Assembly: GCA_040285825.1 (NCBI GenBank)
Contig: JAUPSS010000006.1
Coordinates: 372,001-436,000, forward strand
Reading direction: 5' to 3'
From: Eukaryota sp. TZLM1-RC
Lineage: Eukaryota > Protista > Metamonada: BaSk clade
DNA length: 64,000 bases
Made by a program: the position numbers and the translations under genes. Under the pieces are notes generated by a model that was given only the letters and a program-made list of their open reading frames with translations, was not told where the DNA came from and did no database searches. Below are positions 51,772-64,000 of this stretch, in pieces (the stretch's first letter is position 1; every line of letters starts with the position of its first letter).

Positions 51772-53180
51772 TCATCTCATTTTACCAATTTCTTCATCTT
51801 TTATGTTGGAAAATAATGTTGGAAAAATCAATGTGTTCCAATCACTGTGGTCTTGAATATGTATAGTCGAATAAGCTAAAAAACAATGTTGATAATGTTT
51901 AAAGTGTGTGAATGTGAGTGTAATGTGTAGATTTTCATTATCATTGACCATAATCCCTATCATTTTGCATAACTTCAAAATAAGCTATGGAACTGTAAAA
52001 CCTATTAATTATGTGTGTATTGTATAAGCTCTTGCAAGTATAAAATGGTATATAAAAGTTTGTAATATCTGATAGAGAATTTGAAATTTTATTTCAAAGT
52101 TTCACATTTTTCAAAAAGTAATACAACTCTTTCATAAATCTTTGTTAATTGCTACAAACAAATTTTATGTGTTGGTTTTAACATTGTCAATTTATTGATA
52201 TCATCATTACGTAATGTGATATTTTTGTTACCTCATGTTACTAATTTCTTCATCTTTTATGTTGCAAAATAATGTTGGAAAAATCAATGTGTTCCAATCA
52301 CTGTGGTCTTGAATATGTATAGTCGAATAAGCTAAAAAACAATGCTGATAATGTTTAAAGTGTGTGAATGTGAGTGTAATGTGTAGATTTTCATTATCAT
52401 TGACCATAATCCCTATCATTTTGCATAACTTCAAAATAAACTATGGAACTGTAAAACCTTTTAATTATGTGTATATTTTATAAGCTCTTGCAAGTATAAA
52501 ATGGTATATAAGAGTTTGTAATATTTGATAGAGAATTTGAAATTTTATTTCAAAATTTCACATTTTTCAAAAAGTAATACAACTCTTTCATAAATCTTTG
52601 TTAATTGCTACAAACAAATTTTATGTGTTGTTTTTAACATTGTCAATTTATTGATATCATCATTACGTAATGTGATATTTTTGTTATCTCATTTTACCAA
52701 TTTCTTCATCTTTTATGTTGGAAAATAATGTTGGAAAAATCAATGTGTTCCAATCACTGTGGTCTTGAATATGTATAGTCGAATAAGCTAAAAAACAATG
52801 TTGATAATATTTAAAGTGTGTGAATGTGAGTGTAATGTGTAGATTTTCATTATCATTGACCATAATCCCTATCATTTTGCATAACTTCAAAATAAACTAT
52901 GGAACTGTAAAACCTTTTAATTATGTGTATATTTTATAAGCTCTTGCAAGTATAAAATGGTATATAAGAGTTTGTAATATTTGATAGAGAATTTGAAATT
53001 TTATTTCAAAATTTCACATTTTTCAAAAAGTAATACAACTCTTTCATAAATCTTTGTTAATTGCTACAAACAAATTTTATGTGTTGTTTTTAACATTGTC
53101 AATTTATTGATATCATCATTACGTAATGTGATATTTTTGTTATCTCATTTTACCAATTTCTTCATCTTTTATGTTAGAAA
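51772..53180 (+). repeat. Tandem array, ~3 x 456 bp
   Basis: Near-identical short ORFs at 51772, 52228 and 52684 give a period of 456. Confidence 0.95.
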
Positions 53181-54519
53181 GCTCAATCAAATGAACCTTA
53201 TCAATCACGTAGGGGTAAAATGTACCCATTAGATTAAAAAATATTTGTAGTTATTTCTTCTTTTCCTTTAGAAAGCAATCCTTATCTTCAAGGAGAGCTT
53301 AATCATTTATTCAAACAAATATATAATGCGCCTGATTTGCCAAACAATAAGGACCAATTTTTGGCTGTTGTTAACCGATTCAAAAAAATGTTGTTGACTT
53401 GAACGATATAAACCAATGCCTAACACTTTTGCAAGTCAAATCACAGTGATATTGTTGTGAATGTTTTTTATGGTCCACTATAATTATTAGTTAATTTGAG
53501 AATTTTATAACAATATCTTATTTATAAAAATAAATTTAATTTCTTCGCACAATTTTTTTATTCAGTAATGACATAAACTTACCCACTTGCACCAATTGCG
53601 GTTGTGTTTTCAGATACAGGCCATTAAAGTAAGCTGACTGATTGTGACTATAAGACCAAGTTTTAAAATTCTTTTAGTCAGTTATTATATACTTGAGTTC
53701 TGTTCTAAGATTTGAAGTATAAGTAAACATAATTATTTAATTACTTTTGGGCATAGTCGTGAGTAAAAAACTGTTCACAATACGTTTTTGGTCAATTTTA
53801 AGTACAAGGTAATTTTGTAAAACTTCCACACATATATTCTACTGATGTCTTTTGATGCCATTTCTACTCCAGCTTCTCCTGATGACTTGCAAACACCTGA
53901 CGTAAGTCATGTTTGTAAACAGCTTGATTTCTCATCAACTTGTGCAACACAACCAACTACCAATACAGCACAACACACCACAACACACCACAAACAACCC
54001 GAGCTTTCGCTTACATCAATCATGAATAGTTTGAATGTTCCTGTCAGTAGCGCTCAGTGACCGAGTATATCTCTCGACGAGCTAATGATCTTATTACAGA
54101 TCTTAGAACTTCAATTCGTGAGTCAAGAAAAAGAGTTTCGTCGGTAGCATTTATGCCACCATCTGTGGAAGAGCAGATCATGAAAGCAGACAATGTTGAA
54201 GATCCACATAGTACAGAATAGTTGTGGTTTTCGGTAATACTTTTATACTAATTTTCGGTAATACTAATATAACTAATAATCTTTATTCCAATTGTGACAA
54301 TAAACACGCATTTTCTAGATATGGGGACTGATACTGTTTTCCATTTTTATAGCCTGCATGATCTAGGATACCTCTGCAATTCAGTTTCTTATGGTGTTTT
54401 GATATAAAATACAGAATTTCAATCTGATTAAACTACTTTGCGCTCTTACTGTTTTTCTGAATATCGCAAAAAATGTCTCGATTGGATTTTGTTCTGGACA
54501 ATATGGAGGTAGTATGTAT

Positions 54520-57500
54520 GAGTTGTATGACTTTTTGAAATATGTGAGATTTTAAAATAAAAATTCAAATTCTCTATCAAATACTACAAACTCTTATTTA
54601 TCATTTTATACTCGCAAAAGCATATACAATACACACATAATTAAGAGGTTTTACATTTACATAGTTCATTTTGAAATTATGCAAAATGATAGGGATTATG
54701 GTCAATGATAATGAAAATCTACACATTACACTCACATTCACACACTTTATACATTATCAGCATTGTTTTTTAGCTTATTCGACTATACATATTCAAGACC
54801 ACAGTGATTCAAACACATTCATTTTTCCAACATAAAAGATGAAAAAATTAGTAAAATGAGATAACAAAAATATCACATTACGTAATGATGATATCAATGA
54901 ATTGAGAATGTGGCATAGTGAATGGGTCAACATCATCGGGGATGCTAGAAAATGATATCCTAAGGAGTTTGTTAAAAAGTGGCTACAAAAGGAATTTATG
55001 CACTTCAAATGCAAATCACAGAATTAAAATGCAAATTGACTTTGCAATTTTGATTTTCATCCTCCATGATGACACCCTTTCATTGAGTAGTGATATTTCT
55101 AATCCCATGCACACTTAGCCCTTTCCGTCGTTTCCTAGTCACAGTAGACACTAACGGTTGGTATCTTCACACTTTTTGATGACTGTAATCTCTCTGTTGC
55201 TTACCTCTCAACAGTACTACATCTCTTCTTCACTGATAACTCTACCCTCAAAGTCTCTCATCCCTTCCTTGCGATCTCCGTCCCGTCTCTCTCATTTGGG
55301 GTAACTGAGTGGTATCAGTACTCGAATAGACTCTCTGCAATTCTTTTCCATTGTTTTCCGCCACCAGTACCGATCCATATCCATGTTTAAATCTAAACTT
55401 GGAATCAAAAGTCGGACACCGGGACTCGAACCCGGACGGATGTACCTATTGAACTTTGGTGTTGGGTTGTTGGATGCCAACATGTCGGACATTTTTTGCT
55501 TCTTTTTTTCTTTTTTGTGTTATTTTTTTGTTGTTATCACCACTTCTTTTAACAATTATTCTGGAAATTTTTTTTATTTAGTTTCAATTTTTTGTCTTCT
55601 CATTTATCAATCACTATTACTGATTTTGATATTGATCAGCACGAATCTAATTATGGTTTATTTATTGGAGTCTCTACCAAATATTGAGAGTAATTCTCTT
55701 TATTTTGAGTCTTTATCAATAAATACATAAATGACTGAGTAATCATCAATCATTCAGATTTCAACTGTTTGAAGCTGATTACGGTCAAGAAAGATCTGAT
55801 TACATGTGTCTGTATAGTCTACATGTTTTTGGATTTTTTTAGGTTTAATGTTTACATTGTTATCTATCTATTAATTAGGGTTTCTTATTGACAACTTACT
55901 GCGTTTATGCCTAAAGGTTTTTCGCGTCCTCCTAATCGAGTTTGCCATTGGTTCATGACATAGCAAAAATACCAATTCTCTTCATTCATTGTTTTCAAAT
56001 CCTCTTGAGCATAACCACTGATTCTGCTGGTTCTCGGTAGTTACTGGACATGTAGTCACTTTCGTCTATGTATGAAGTATCACACTGTTGGTCCAGCCAT
56101 AATATTACTTCCATCTGACAATTAAACTTTTTGAAAACAACAGCTGGATAGTCCTTTAAATGTGGCTTTACGTTCTTTTTGAACATAAGATCTTCATATT
56201 TGATTCTGTCTTTTTTACTAGGGATGTCATTTTTAAAACCAAGTTCTTGAGGATCAATCAACGGTTTCAAAATAAATATGATGATCTGCGGTGGTTAGAC
56301 ATTATACCTAGATGTAGAGTAATTTATTACAAGGGAATGAGGATTCCCCTCATTTTAAGCGCATGGGCGCAATAATACAATAAACTATAAATAAACTATA
56401 AATAAACTATTATCCAAGGCTAACACTGCCCTTTCTTCTTTTCGAGCGTCGAGGCCTGATAGGAGTTGGATTAATATTATTATTAATATTATCAGAACGA
56501 CGTTTACGGCGTGAAGGACGAGAGCGAGTATTAGAAATAGACTTGGAGAATTCTTTATAGGCAGAGGTGTTTTGAACAGTCGGAACCAGCATTCTACGAA
56601 ATCAGTGCCCCTGCATAGTAGAGAGTTTTATATTTGATTTGATTCCAGAATCAATCTTGTATTCATGGTTATATTCCATAGAGGAAGGAAGAAAAAAAAC
56701 ATTACTTAAAATAAAAGTGATTCTTAATTTCAGTGGTAATATGATTGCCAGGCCATTGGACTTGACAGTAATCACCATCCTGACTGAGGACTTTCTGGAT
56801 CACGTGCTCTTCTGCATCGCCAGCGGCAACCCAGGAGTGAAATTCATCATTTGCTGGTAAACTGGAATGCCAAGGTTGGAGGCGCTTCACACTGGCTTTA
56901 ATTACCATACCAGTACAAAGATTCTTGATGTTAGCTGTGGAGATAGAGGGTGTGTCAATAACTAAGAATTGTCCTTTGTAATTACCATGTAACTTAGCAG
57001 TGGAAGACGAAGCTCGTTTGACCAATTGGCCAGGAGAGAAAGGGTTGGCTTCTCATTGGGAATCGCGAGGAGGAGGAGCCTTGGAAGCTTGACGGAGCTT
57101 CCTCCTGTTTCTTCTTCAATCTAGCAAATTTAGATTGAATGTCGTTGATGTAGGTTGACTCAGACGTTGAGCTTTCGAGGGTCACAAGTCTTTCTTGATC
57201 TAATCTGATTGAGGAGGTCAAATGTTATTTCTTGACAAACATCTGTAAAAAGAGGTGTTGCTAGCTCTTGAAGTGTTGGATCTGATCAAATTGTTCTGCT
57301 ATTTTTTTCACCTGACTGAAATAATTGCTAAATGCAAATAATTAATAAATGCAAAATGAGATAAAGAATCAATAACGTATTTGTTTATAAAAATACAACC
57401 ATCACAAACAATCAATCTAATTTCGGTGTACGTTTACGGTTAATGTAATCCAGTACCCAGTCATCTGCGCAATTGTACTTGGGTAACCATGATACCCATG

Positions 57501-60500
57501 AGGAATATTTCTCCCTAATAGTTGATGTTAATAAAGAACTGTTGGATCTGCGTGTTCTAGTTTTTGTGGTAACCGCCAGGGAAGAATCCAGAGAAGAGAA
57601 TAGAGCGTCTTTTTGAACCACATTTAAGGTGGAAACTGGAAAAGCAGGATATGATTTGTCCGAATTAGCAAAGAGTGATATGAACAAAATACTGAGAGGG
57701 AGGGGTTCTGTTACCTCTGAATCATCAATGCTAGAATGCAGCTGCACATTCCACATTAATACCATCTGTGCATTTTGCATTTGGTGGAATGCAGTAACCA
57801 TTTCTTTGGCTTGTTGCCAAGTCAACGGTTGCTTCTTTATTTCATGATCTTCTTCATCTTCATCATTGCTTGAATCTAAGTCGGCAATGTCCCCAGGAAT
57901 GAGTTCCAATTCTGGATCCCGGTGAGAATTCTTAACAGGGGGTTCAGGGCATTGTTGCTCTTTGGCTACATCATCGGCCAGGGAGGGAGTACGGCCAGAG
58001 TGAATGATAGTTGGACGTGCACGACGAGATCTAGTCTTGGGAGGCATATGGAGGAAGTTAAAAGGAGATGGAAGTAGATGTTGAACTACAGGAAAACGTA
58101 AACGGGTAGTTTATTACAGAGGGTGTGAATAATCAGGGAAAATTTCTTTGGGGATTGGAACAATGGAATTAGTATTATAAGTCAGCTCATTTTCAATAAC
58201 ATGGAAATGATAATAGTAGCAAGCTGCCAAATAATTGTGAGAGAAGAAATCCAATTTCCTCTTGTGAAGAAGTCCGTCAAGTTGGGAGAAAACTCCGGTG
58301 CGAAATGATGGGGGACCTATTTTCATATAAAGAACGTCTTGGAATGAAAGCTCTCTTTCCGGAAGAACGAGAAGCTCCTAGGACGTGAGCCGGAATCTTC
58401 GTTTCGGTTGTAGATCCCCTATTATGGGGACCACCTTTTCAGCATCGGAAAAGCCAGGGGCAGCGGCATGGCGATAAACACAGGGAGCAGCAAGGACATC
58501 GGACAATGGATTCTGGTGCCAAACCAAATATTTGGAGTCATCTATGATGTTCTCCAATATTGGCTTATTGGTAGCTGGATTAATTGAAGAAATATTTGTA
58601 TGTTCATTTTGTTTCAACAGGTTGCTATTTGAAGTTAATAAGCGAACCTTGATACCTTCTTTTTCAGCATATTCCAGAACAGATTTCTCAAGCCTACGTC
58701 TATATGTGTTGGAATAATTAGCTTTGTTTTTACGTAAGTGTCGAGAAGATTCCCAATCCTCTGTTTTGATAATGGGAAGAGAGTCATGGGGAATGACCCA
58801 AGAAGACTGATGCAAAACCTGAATTGTAGTGGTACCGGAGAGTGTCCCTTGGTGAGTCAAGTTTTTCATTGTGATCATTGTTTGAACCCTGTCGTTCCTA
58901 AATGACCACAATAAAATTCCACTTTCCGATGCTTTTACTATTAAAAAAGCATCATCTAAAATGATAAATGATGTACTAGTCGATTTTCTTTCAATATTAA
59001 AACAATCTGTTTCTTTCTTTTTTTTGTACATATTTTATTTAGGATTAAATTTCGTAATACTTTCATTGTTATAATTAAAAAAATAAAATCATTTTTATAC
59101 TATTTTTATTGTTATAAATAAATAGATTACTTAATTAAAATATCTATATCTTTAAATACGTCACGAAATTCTTTGAAGGTATCTGACTTTTTTATCTTAT
59201 TAGAACACGCCATGACAGAATAATCAGACGCCCCAAATATCCCACACAATAATTAATAATTTCAGGCTGTTTCGAAGGTTGTACAACTCTGAGTCATCCT
59301 CAACATGATGATCACTCTCTTTATGGGGAAGGTCACTTTCTTTCTGACTTCTCTCAGCGGGAAGTTCACTCTCCTTTGGAGGACTCTCCTTATAATTGAA
59401 ACTAATTGTAATGGTGGTTGTTGATCAACTATTGGATGTCTTGAAGAAACTGATTTGCCTAGTATTGTTGGTTATTTTCTAAATTTAGCAACATTTTTCA
59501 ATGGATATTTAATCAACCATTGATAATGCTGAGAATGCAGCTCCATTATCAATTTCGCCCTTTACTTCCACGTTGTTTATTGAACATTTCAACCAAAGTT
59601 CCCCGTTAGAACTTGTTTAGTTGCCTGTCACCCTGGATAGTCTAGCACTGTGGATAGAACCGACAGGATTGGACAACTCTCTAAATCTTTTTAACGGATT
59701 GAGGTGTCTATAATTTGTATCAATTTTGCTCATTGTATAAATGGTGTTGATTGAATTGTGTGTAAGATTATTATAAAAAGATGTGTATTCATCTGATTTA
59801 TTTGTACTACGTTTTCTATCACGTTTATCGCCCCCCCCCCGACGCTTTTTTGAACCAGGTCTTCCCAGCATTTTACAACATTTTTCTTCAGGATGTTTGT
59901 TGGTTTTGCATGAGCTACACCATTGCTATGAGGATTTGGGTCGACTACGTCTAGAATTCTCTCTAGAGCTTTCAAAAGGACCTTTTAACTGGCTTCGTCC
60001 TTATTGCGGGGGGGGGGGCGTGTTTGCCAAAAGCTGTTTTGATTAAATTGAGGATTCAAGTCTATTGACCTTGTTTACAAATACATTTTCCAAATCGAAA
60101 ACATCATCACCAGTTTCTTATTACTCGTATTAAACTTATCAATCCAAATATATATAAAAATGTCCATCAATTGGCTGTTAGTTTTATCGTTAATGGACGT
60201 GCGGAGTTTCATTAATTGACAAATTTGAGAGAAAAACAGTGGGTAACTTTTGGTATTTTTGAACGTTGTGATTCCGAGCATTAACATTAATTGATCTGTG
60301 ATTAGTAAGAAAATTCAAACCCTTCATCTAGCCAAGCTAGCCAATGAGCAATACCTTTGGTTTCGACTCTGTTGGGTTCATTTGCAACACAAACATCAGA
60401 TTTTTAGTTGCAAAAATTCTCAAATTTACCGGTATCGGGAGTTAAGTAAACTTGGAGACCAGCCTAAACTTAATAAAAAATAATTACAAACTTTTTGCAA

Positions 60501-60932
60501 AAGACGCACAACAGTGGTTTTCCCAATGGAGGAGAGACCAGAGATATATAGACGTTTCTCTCTGAAGGCACGTTTAACTCCAATAAGAAATTCATCATTT
60601 AGTTTGTTATTACCCTACAAATTATCCAAGATTTCAGAATAAACTTAACAAATAGATTAAGGATGAATAGATATTTGATAAATAGAATCAAAAATATTAA
60701 AAATGTTTAAGAATAGTGATGAGATATAAAAAATAAATAAATATAAACGTATTACAAAGTTATTAAAATTAATTCATATAATTATATCAATTTTAAAAAT
60801 TCTAATAAATATATTGCTGACAAAATTGAAGATTAACGTCAACGGTTATAATGGTGTTGTTAATAATCTGTTTCTCACAGCTTTGATGCAATAATTTTTT
60901 TGTGAATTTTGGCAACTCTGTGGGATAAAATA
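54520..60932 (-). repeat. Right arm of long inverted duplication; mirrors the Rep, gag/protease, integrase, LTR, trailer, B-box and 456-bp unit of the left arm
   Basis: Direct reverse-complement match with small indels (G-run region 1090-1125 vs 59830-59850; 6-bp indel near 4930/56020). Confidence 0.95.
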
Positions 60933-61434
60933 ATCTGCAACAACAATAATTTGTTATCTTTAAATTGGGCTTCACAATAAAATAAAATAAATTCAAGTGT
61001 CTGTCATTGAAATTAATATTTCATTCTGAGGAGAAGACCAATTTTTTTGAATTGGAAATCTTTGTGAATGTCTGACTTTTTTACATGACCAGCAGGCCAA
61101 ATTGGTTGTAACTCCATTAATATGTTAAAACCGAAGAGATCATTTGTAGATTTCTGGAATAAAAGAAATACTACAACTAACAATTACTGAAGTGAACCCT
61201 TTTAATTGAAGGAGGCAACGTTGACTTTGCCAATTCCTTACAAGATCTATAACAATATGAGGCATGTGCTTAAACAAATCGTTAGGATGAACATGTGATT
61301 TGAGAAAACCAATTTTTTTCATGCCTCCTAAAGCTACCAAAACGACTTCAACTCCCCCTCTTAAGAAGGCTAATGTTAACCAATCCAAGAAGCAGTCTCT
61401 AAACCTGTATCTGAACCTGTATCCACATTGTTTA

Positions 61435-61672
61435 TGATGCTGCACGTGATTTCTTCACTGCTAATCCTATTACTTCTGATGAATTTAGTGTAGCTATTAA
61501 AGGACTTCCGTCTGGTCGTTCAGCTGGGCCTTTTGGATTTAATTATGATCATTTGAAATCGGCCATCAACATATGCCCAGAAATCGCTGATGATTTAGCA
61601 TTCTTATTTAATAGTGTTATCTTGGGACGTTTCAAGTTGCCTCAAGCGTTAACGGCATCTCGTTTAGTTGCT
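61435..61672 (+). mobile_element. Non-LTR RT N-terminal fragment
   Basis: PITSDEFSVAIKGLPSGRSAGPFGFNYDHLK...LAFLFN...LTASRLVA. Confidence 0.85.
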
Positions 61673-61690
61673 GGTTCTCTATTGGAAGAA

Positions 61691-63140
61691 ATTTAATTCC
61701 TTTTGTCAATCCGATCGATCGGAAATTGGAAACAGAAAAACTGTAAACATTACAGATATCCTTTCCAGATATCCCCTGAAACCTTGCCAACCCAACTCTG
61801 TTATGGTTAGTTTTGGCTCTTTTTACTTCATTTCATTTGCTTGCATCACCGTCCTTCACCCCCAATCTCCATAAATACCAGATCTCTTACTGAACTTTTG
61901 ATGACAATTTCTATCTGTGCTCACCATCTTCACCGCATCTCTTCCTAGTGATGTGAATCTCCGTTGAACTCACCACCTCTTCAATGAATTATTCTGGTCT
62001 GCTCTCATCTGCAAAATTTTGAGATGAATTGACAGTCGCACAGTGGGACTCGAACCCAGATGGATGATTTTGATTGTGTTGATGTGTCATTAAAATGGCA
62101 AACACATATTGCATTAATTTTACATGCTGATTAGATTATTTAGTTATTTATTTAATTTTTGTTTTTTATTTATTGATTATTTAGGCAAACTCAGTCATTT
62201 TGCCTAAAGTAGTTAATTTTTAATTTGCTTTATTGGTCATGGTCAGTTGACGTTCACAGTTAACATTCCTATGTGAATGATGCTGTGAAAACTTCAGCCA
62301 TCTCTCTTCTTTTGAACTACTGACATTACCTCAAGTCTCCCATGCTTTCTGATCTCAAGTAATATCCTTTCTTTCACTCCAATCACTCCTCTCCGTCTCT
62401 ATATTCTCAACTTTCCTTCCAGTTGGTGTACATGATATCTTTTATTTTGCATTCCATGGATGTTACTTCATTAAACTTTATGCATCCATGTCAAGGGGTC
62501 AACACATTGAAAGTTGGGTTGGTCAATTTTTGAGAGTTCATGAGACTCGAACCCGGAACCTAGGCGAATTCAGTTATTCTGTTTTAACTCTTTAAATTCT
62601 TAAAATAAAGTTGCTTTATTGGTCTTAATCATCTGTCCCTTTTCTTTTTTTGCTGTTATTTCAATTTTTTACTTGTAGTTTTTTATGTATATTTTTTACA
62701 AACCAAAATTAATTTGACTATGATTATTGCTATGTTTCTGAAATATCAGTTTAAATTAAATTCAATTATGACATTTGGTAAATTTGTTTAAATGATAAGT
62801 ATCATAAGGTTTATTTCTTTAAGTTTTTGATTTTAATTTTGTTTTTTTTCGCTGATTTTTGTTTACTACTAATTTATTGGAGTCTCTTCCAAATATTGAG
62901 AGTAATTCTCTTTATTTTGAATCACTCAGTACAAACAAAAACGACTGAATAGTCATCAATCATTCAGTTTTTAACTGTTTGAGCTTGATTACGGTCAAGA
63001 AAGATCTGATTACATGTGTCTGTATAGTCTACATGTTTTTGGACCTTTGTAGGTTTAATACTTACAACAACTTTATTTATGAATTGATTTAAGGGTTTCT
63101 TTTTTTACATCAAGATGATTTATTCATTTTTATTTTCTTT
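61691..63140 (+). other. Complete cassette unit: leader (61691-61799), ORF remnant, B-box (62045-62057), ORF remnant, B-box (62542-62554), trailer (62870-63140)
   Basis: Each part matches copies elsewhere in the window; an ATG plus hydrophobic MVSFGSFYFISFACITV follows the leader. Confidence 0.6.
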
Positions 63141-63189
63141 ATTTTGTATTTCTTCATTTTATATAATTTTTATTATGTATTGACATGAC

Positions 63190-64000
63190 TAAAGCAGGGT
63201 CGATTTTTACTCGACGACATCTAAAACATCGTATGCGTATCTGCGATAAGCAGGCTTGGTTGAACATACAATTGGACGAATGTTTACTATACTTTCATAA
63301 TCATTTGCAACTAATTTTTGCACAGCTGGATTCCAAATGGCCAACATTACAGGAATTCCAGCCTTGGAGCTGTGATAGTTGTGCACAATTCTTGATCCTA
63401 AGGTTAAACAGTAAAAATATACATACCATCATCATGTGGTACTTCCACTGGATTTAGAGCAGATTCAACAACCAATACACAGGTTGTTTTTCTGTTCTTC
63501 GTCCACTGTATCTAGAATTAATAAAATAAAAATAAACATACCCAAAACCAATTCATTCAGAGGTTTGAAAGAAAAATTATTGTTAGATTTTGGGTTTTCG
63601 CGAAATTGTGATATCTCGCATTGACATTCATGCAATTGTGATTAGTAATAAGAAAGTACATACCCTCCGTCAAGCCAGGCCATCCAATGAGAGATTTGCT
63701 GTGTTCCAATTCTATTTGGTTCATCAGCAATGCAGACGTCGTATCGAAAATTCTCAAAGTCTTCGAATTTCCCAGCATCGGGAGCCATATAGACTTTGAG
63801 TCCAGCCTAGGGTTAGTTTTCAGTAAAAAACATACTTTTTTCAGTAATCTAATGATGGTTGTTTCAACGATGGAGGAAGGACCAGAGACATACAGATGCT
63901 TTTTCCGGAAAGCCCTCTTGAAACCAATCGGAAAATCATATTGTCCAAAACCAAATAACCAATGGTATCAAACTTGCTATTGACCTCGGCTTGGCCTAGT
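63190..64000 (-). pseudogene. Second copy of the Rep helicase/C-terminal region, running off the window
   Basis: 63329-64000 is a near-identical reverse complement of 50768-51438, including introns and lesions; 63190-63328 is a diverged homolog. Confidence 0.85.

Noticed and set aside
51772-52890. Repeated 68-aa ORFs (and similar short ORFs in the trailer and minisatellites) as proteins
   Set aside because: By-products of noncoding tandem repeats; not kept open in other units.
1-60932. Polinton/Maverick defined by the long inverted repeats
   Set aside because: No pPolB, packaging ATPase, capsid or adenoviral-type protease was seen; the integrases present are Ty3-type and the arms are mosaics.

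Overview
AT-rich eukaryotic DNA, probably from a protist: it has tiny 25-30 nt spliceosomal introns (GTATGT/GTTTGT...[ACTAAY]..AG) and uses the standard code. I found no intact housekeeping gene, rRNA, tRNA or CRISPR array. The window is a patchwork of 0.1-2 kb mostly pseudogenised fragments joined end to end. Sources include Ty3/Gypsy chromovirus-like LTR retrotransposons, RLE-type non-LTR retrotransposons, five IS630/Tc1 (DD34E) transposase remnants, a tyrosine recombinase, MCM, JAMM and DUF4116 fragments, and several unnamed intron-containing families. About 48 kb of this is bracketed by a near-identical inverted duplication of at least 6.4 kb (1..~6900 vs ~54520..60932). Two signals are invisible in the ORF track. 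(1) A multi-copy, multi-intron CRESS-virus-like Rep gene family (possible RCR motif I plus SF3 helicase motifs A/B/B'/C), best seen at ~49730-51760 and abutting a 456-bp tandem array; this is a candidate new rolling-circle element that could explain the fragment capture. (2) A cassette-like family: palindromic leader, then surface-protein-like ORF remnants carrying a conserved antisense Pol III B-box, then a conserved hairpin-rich ~200-270 bp trailer. All homologies were recognised by eye and boundaries are approximate.
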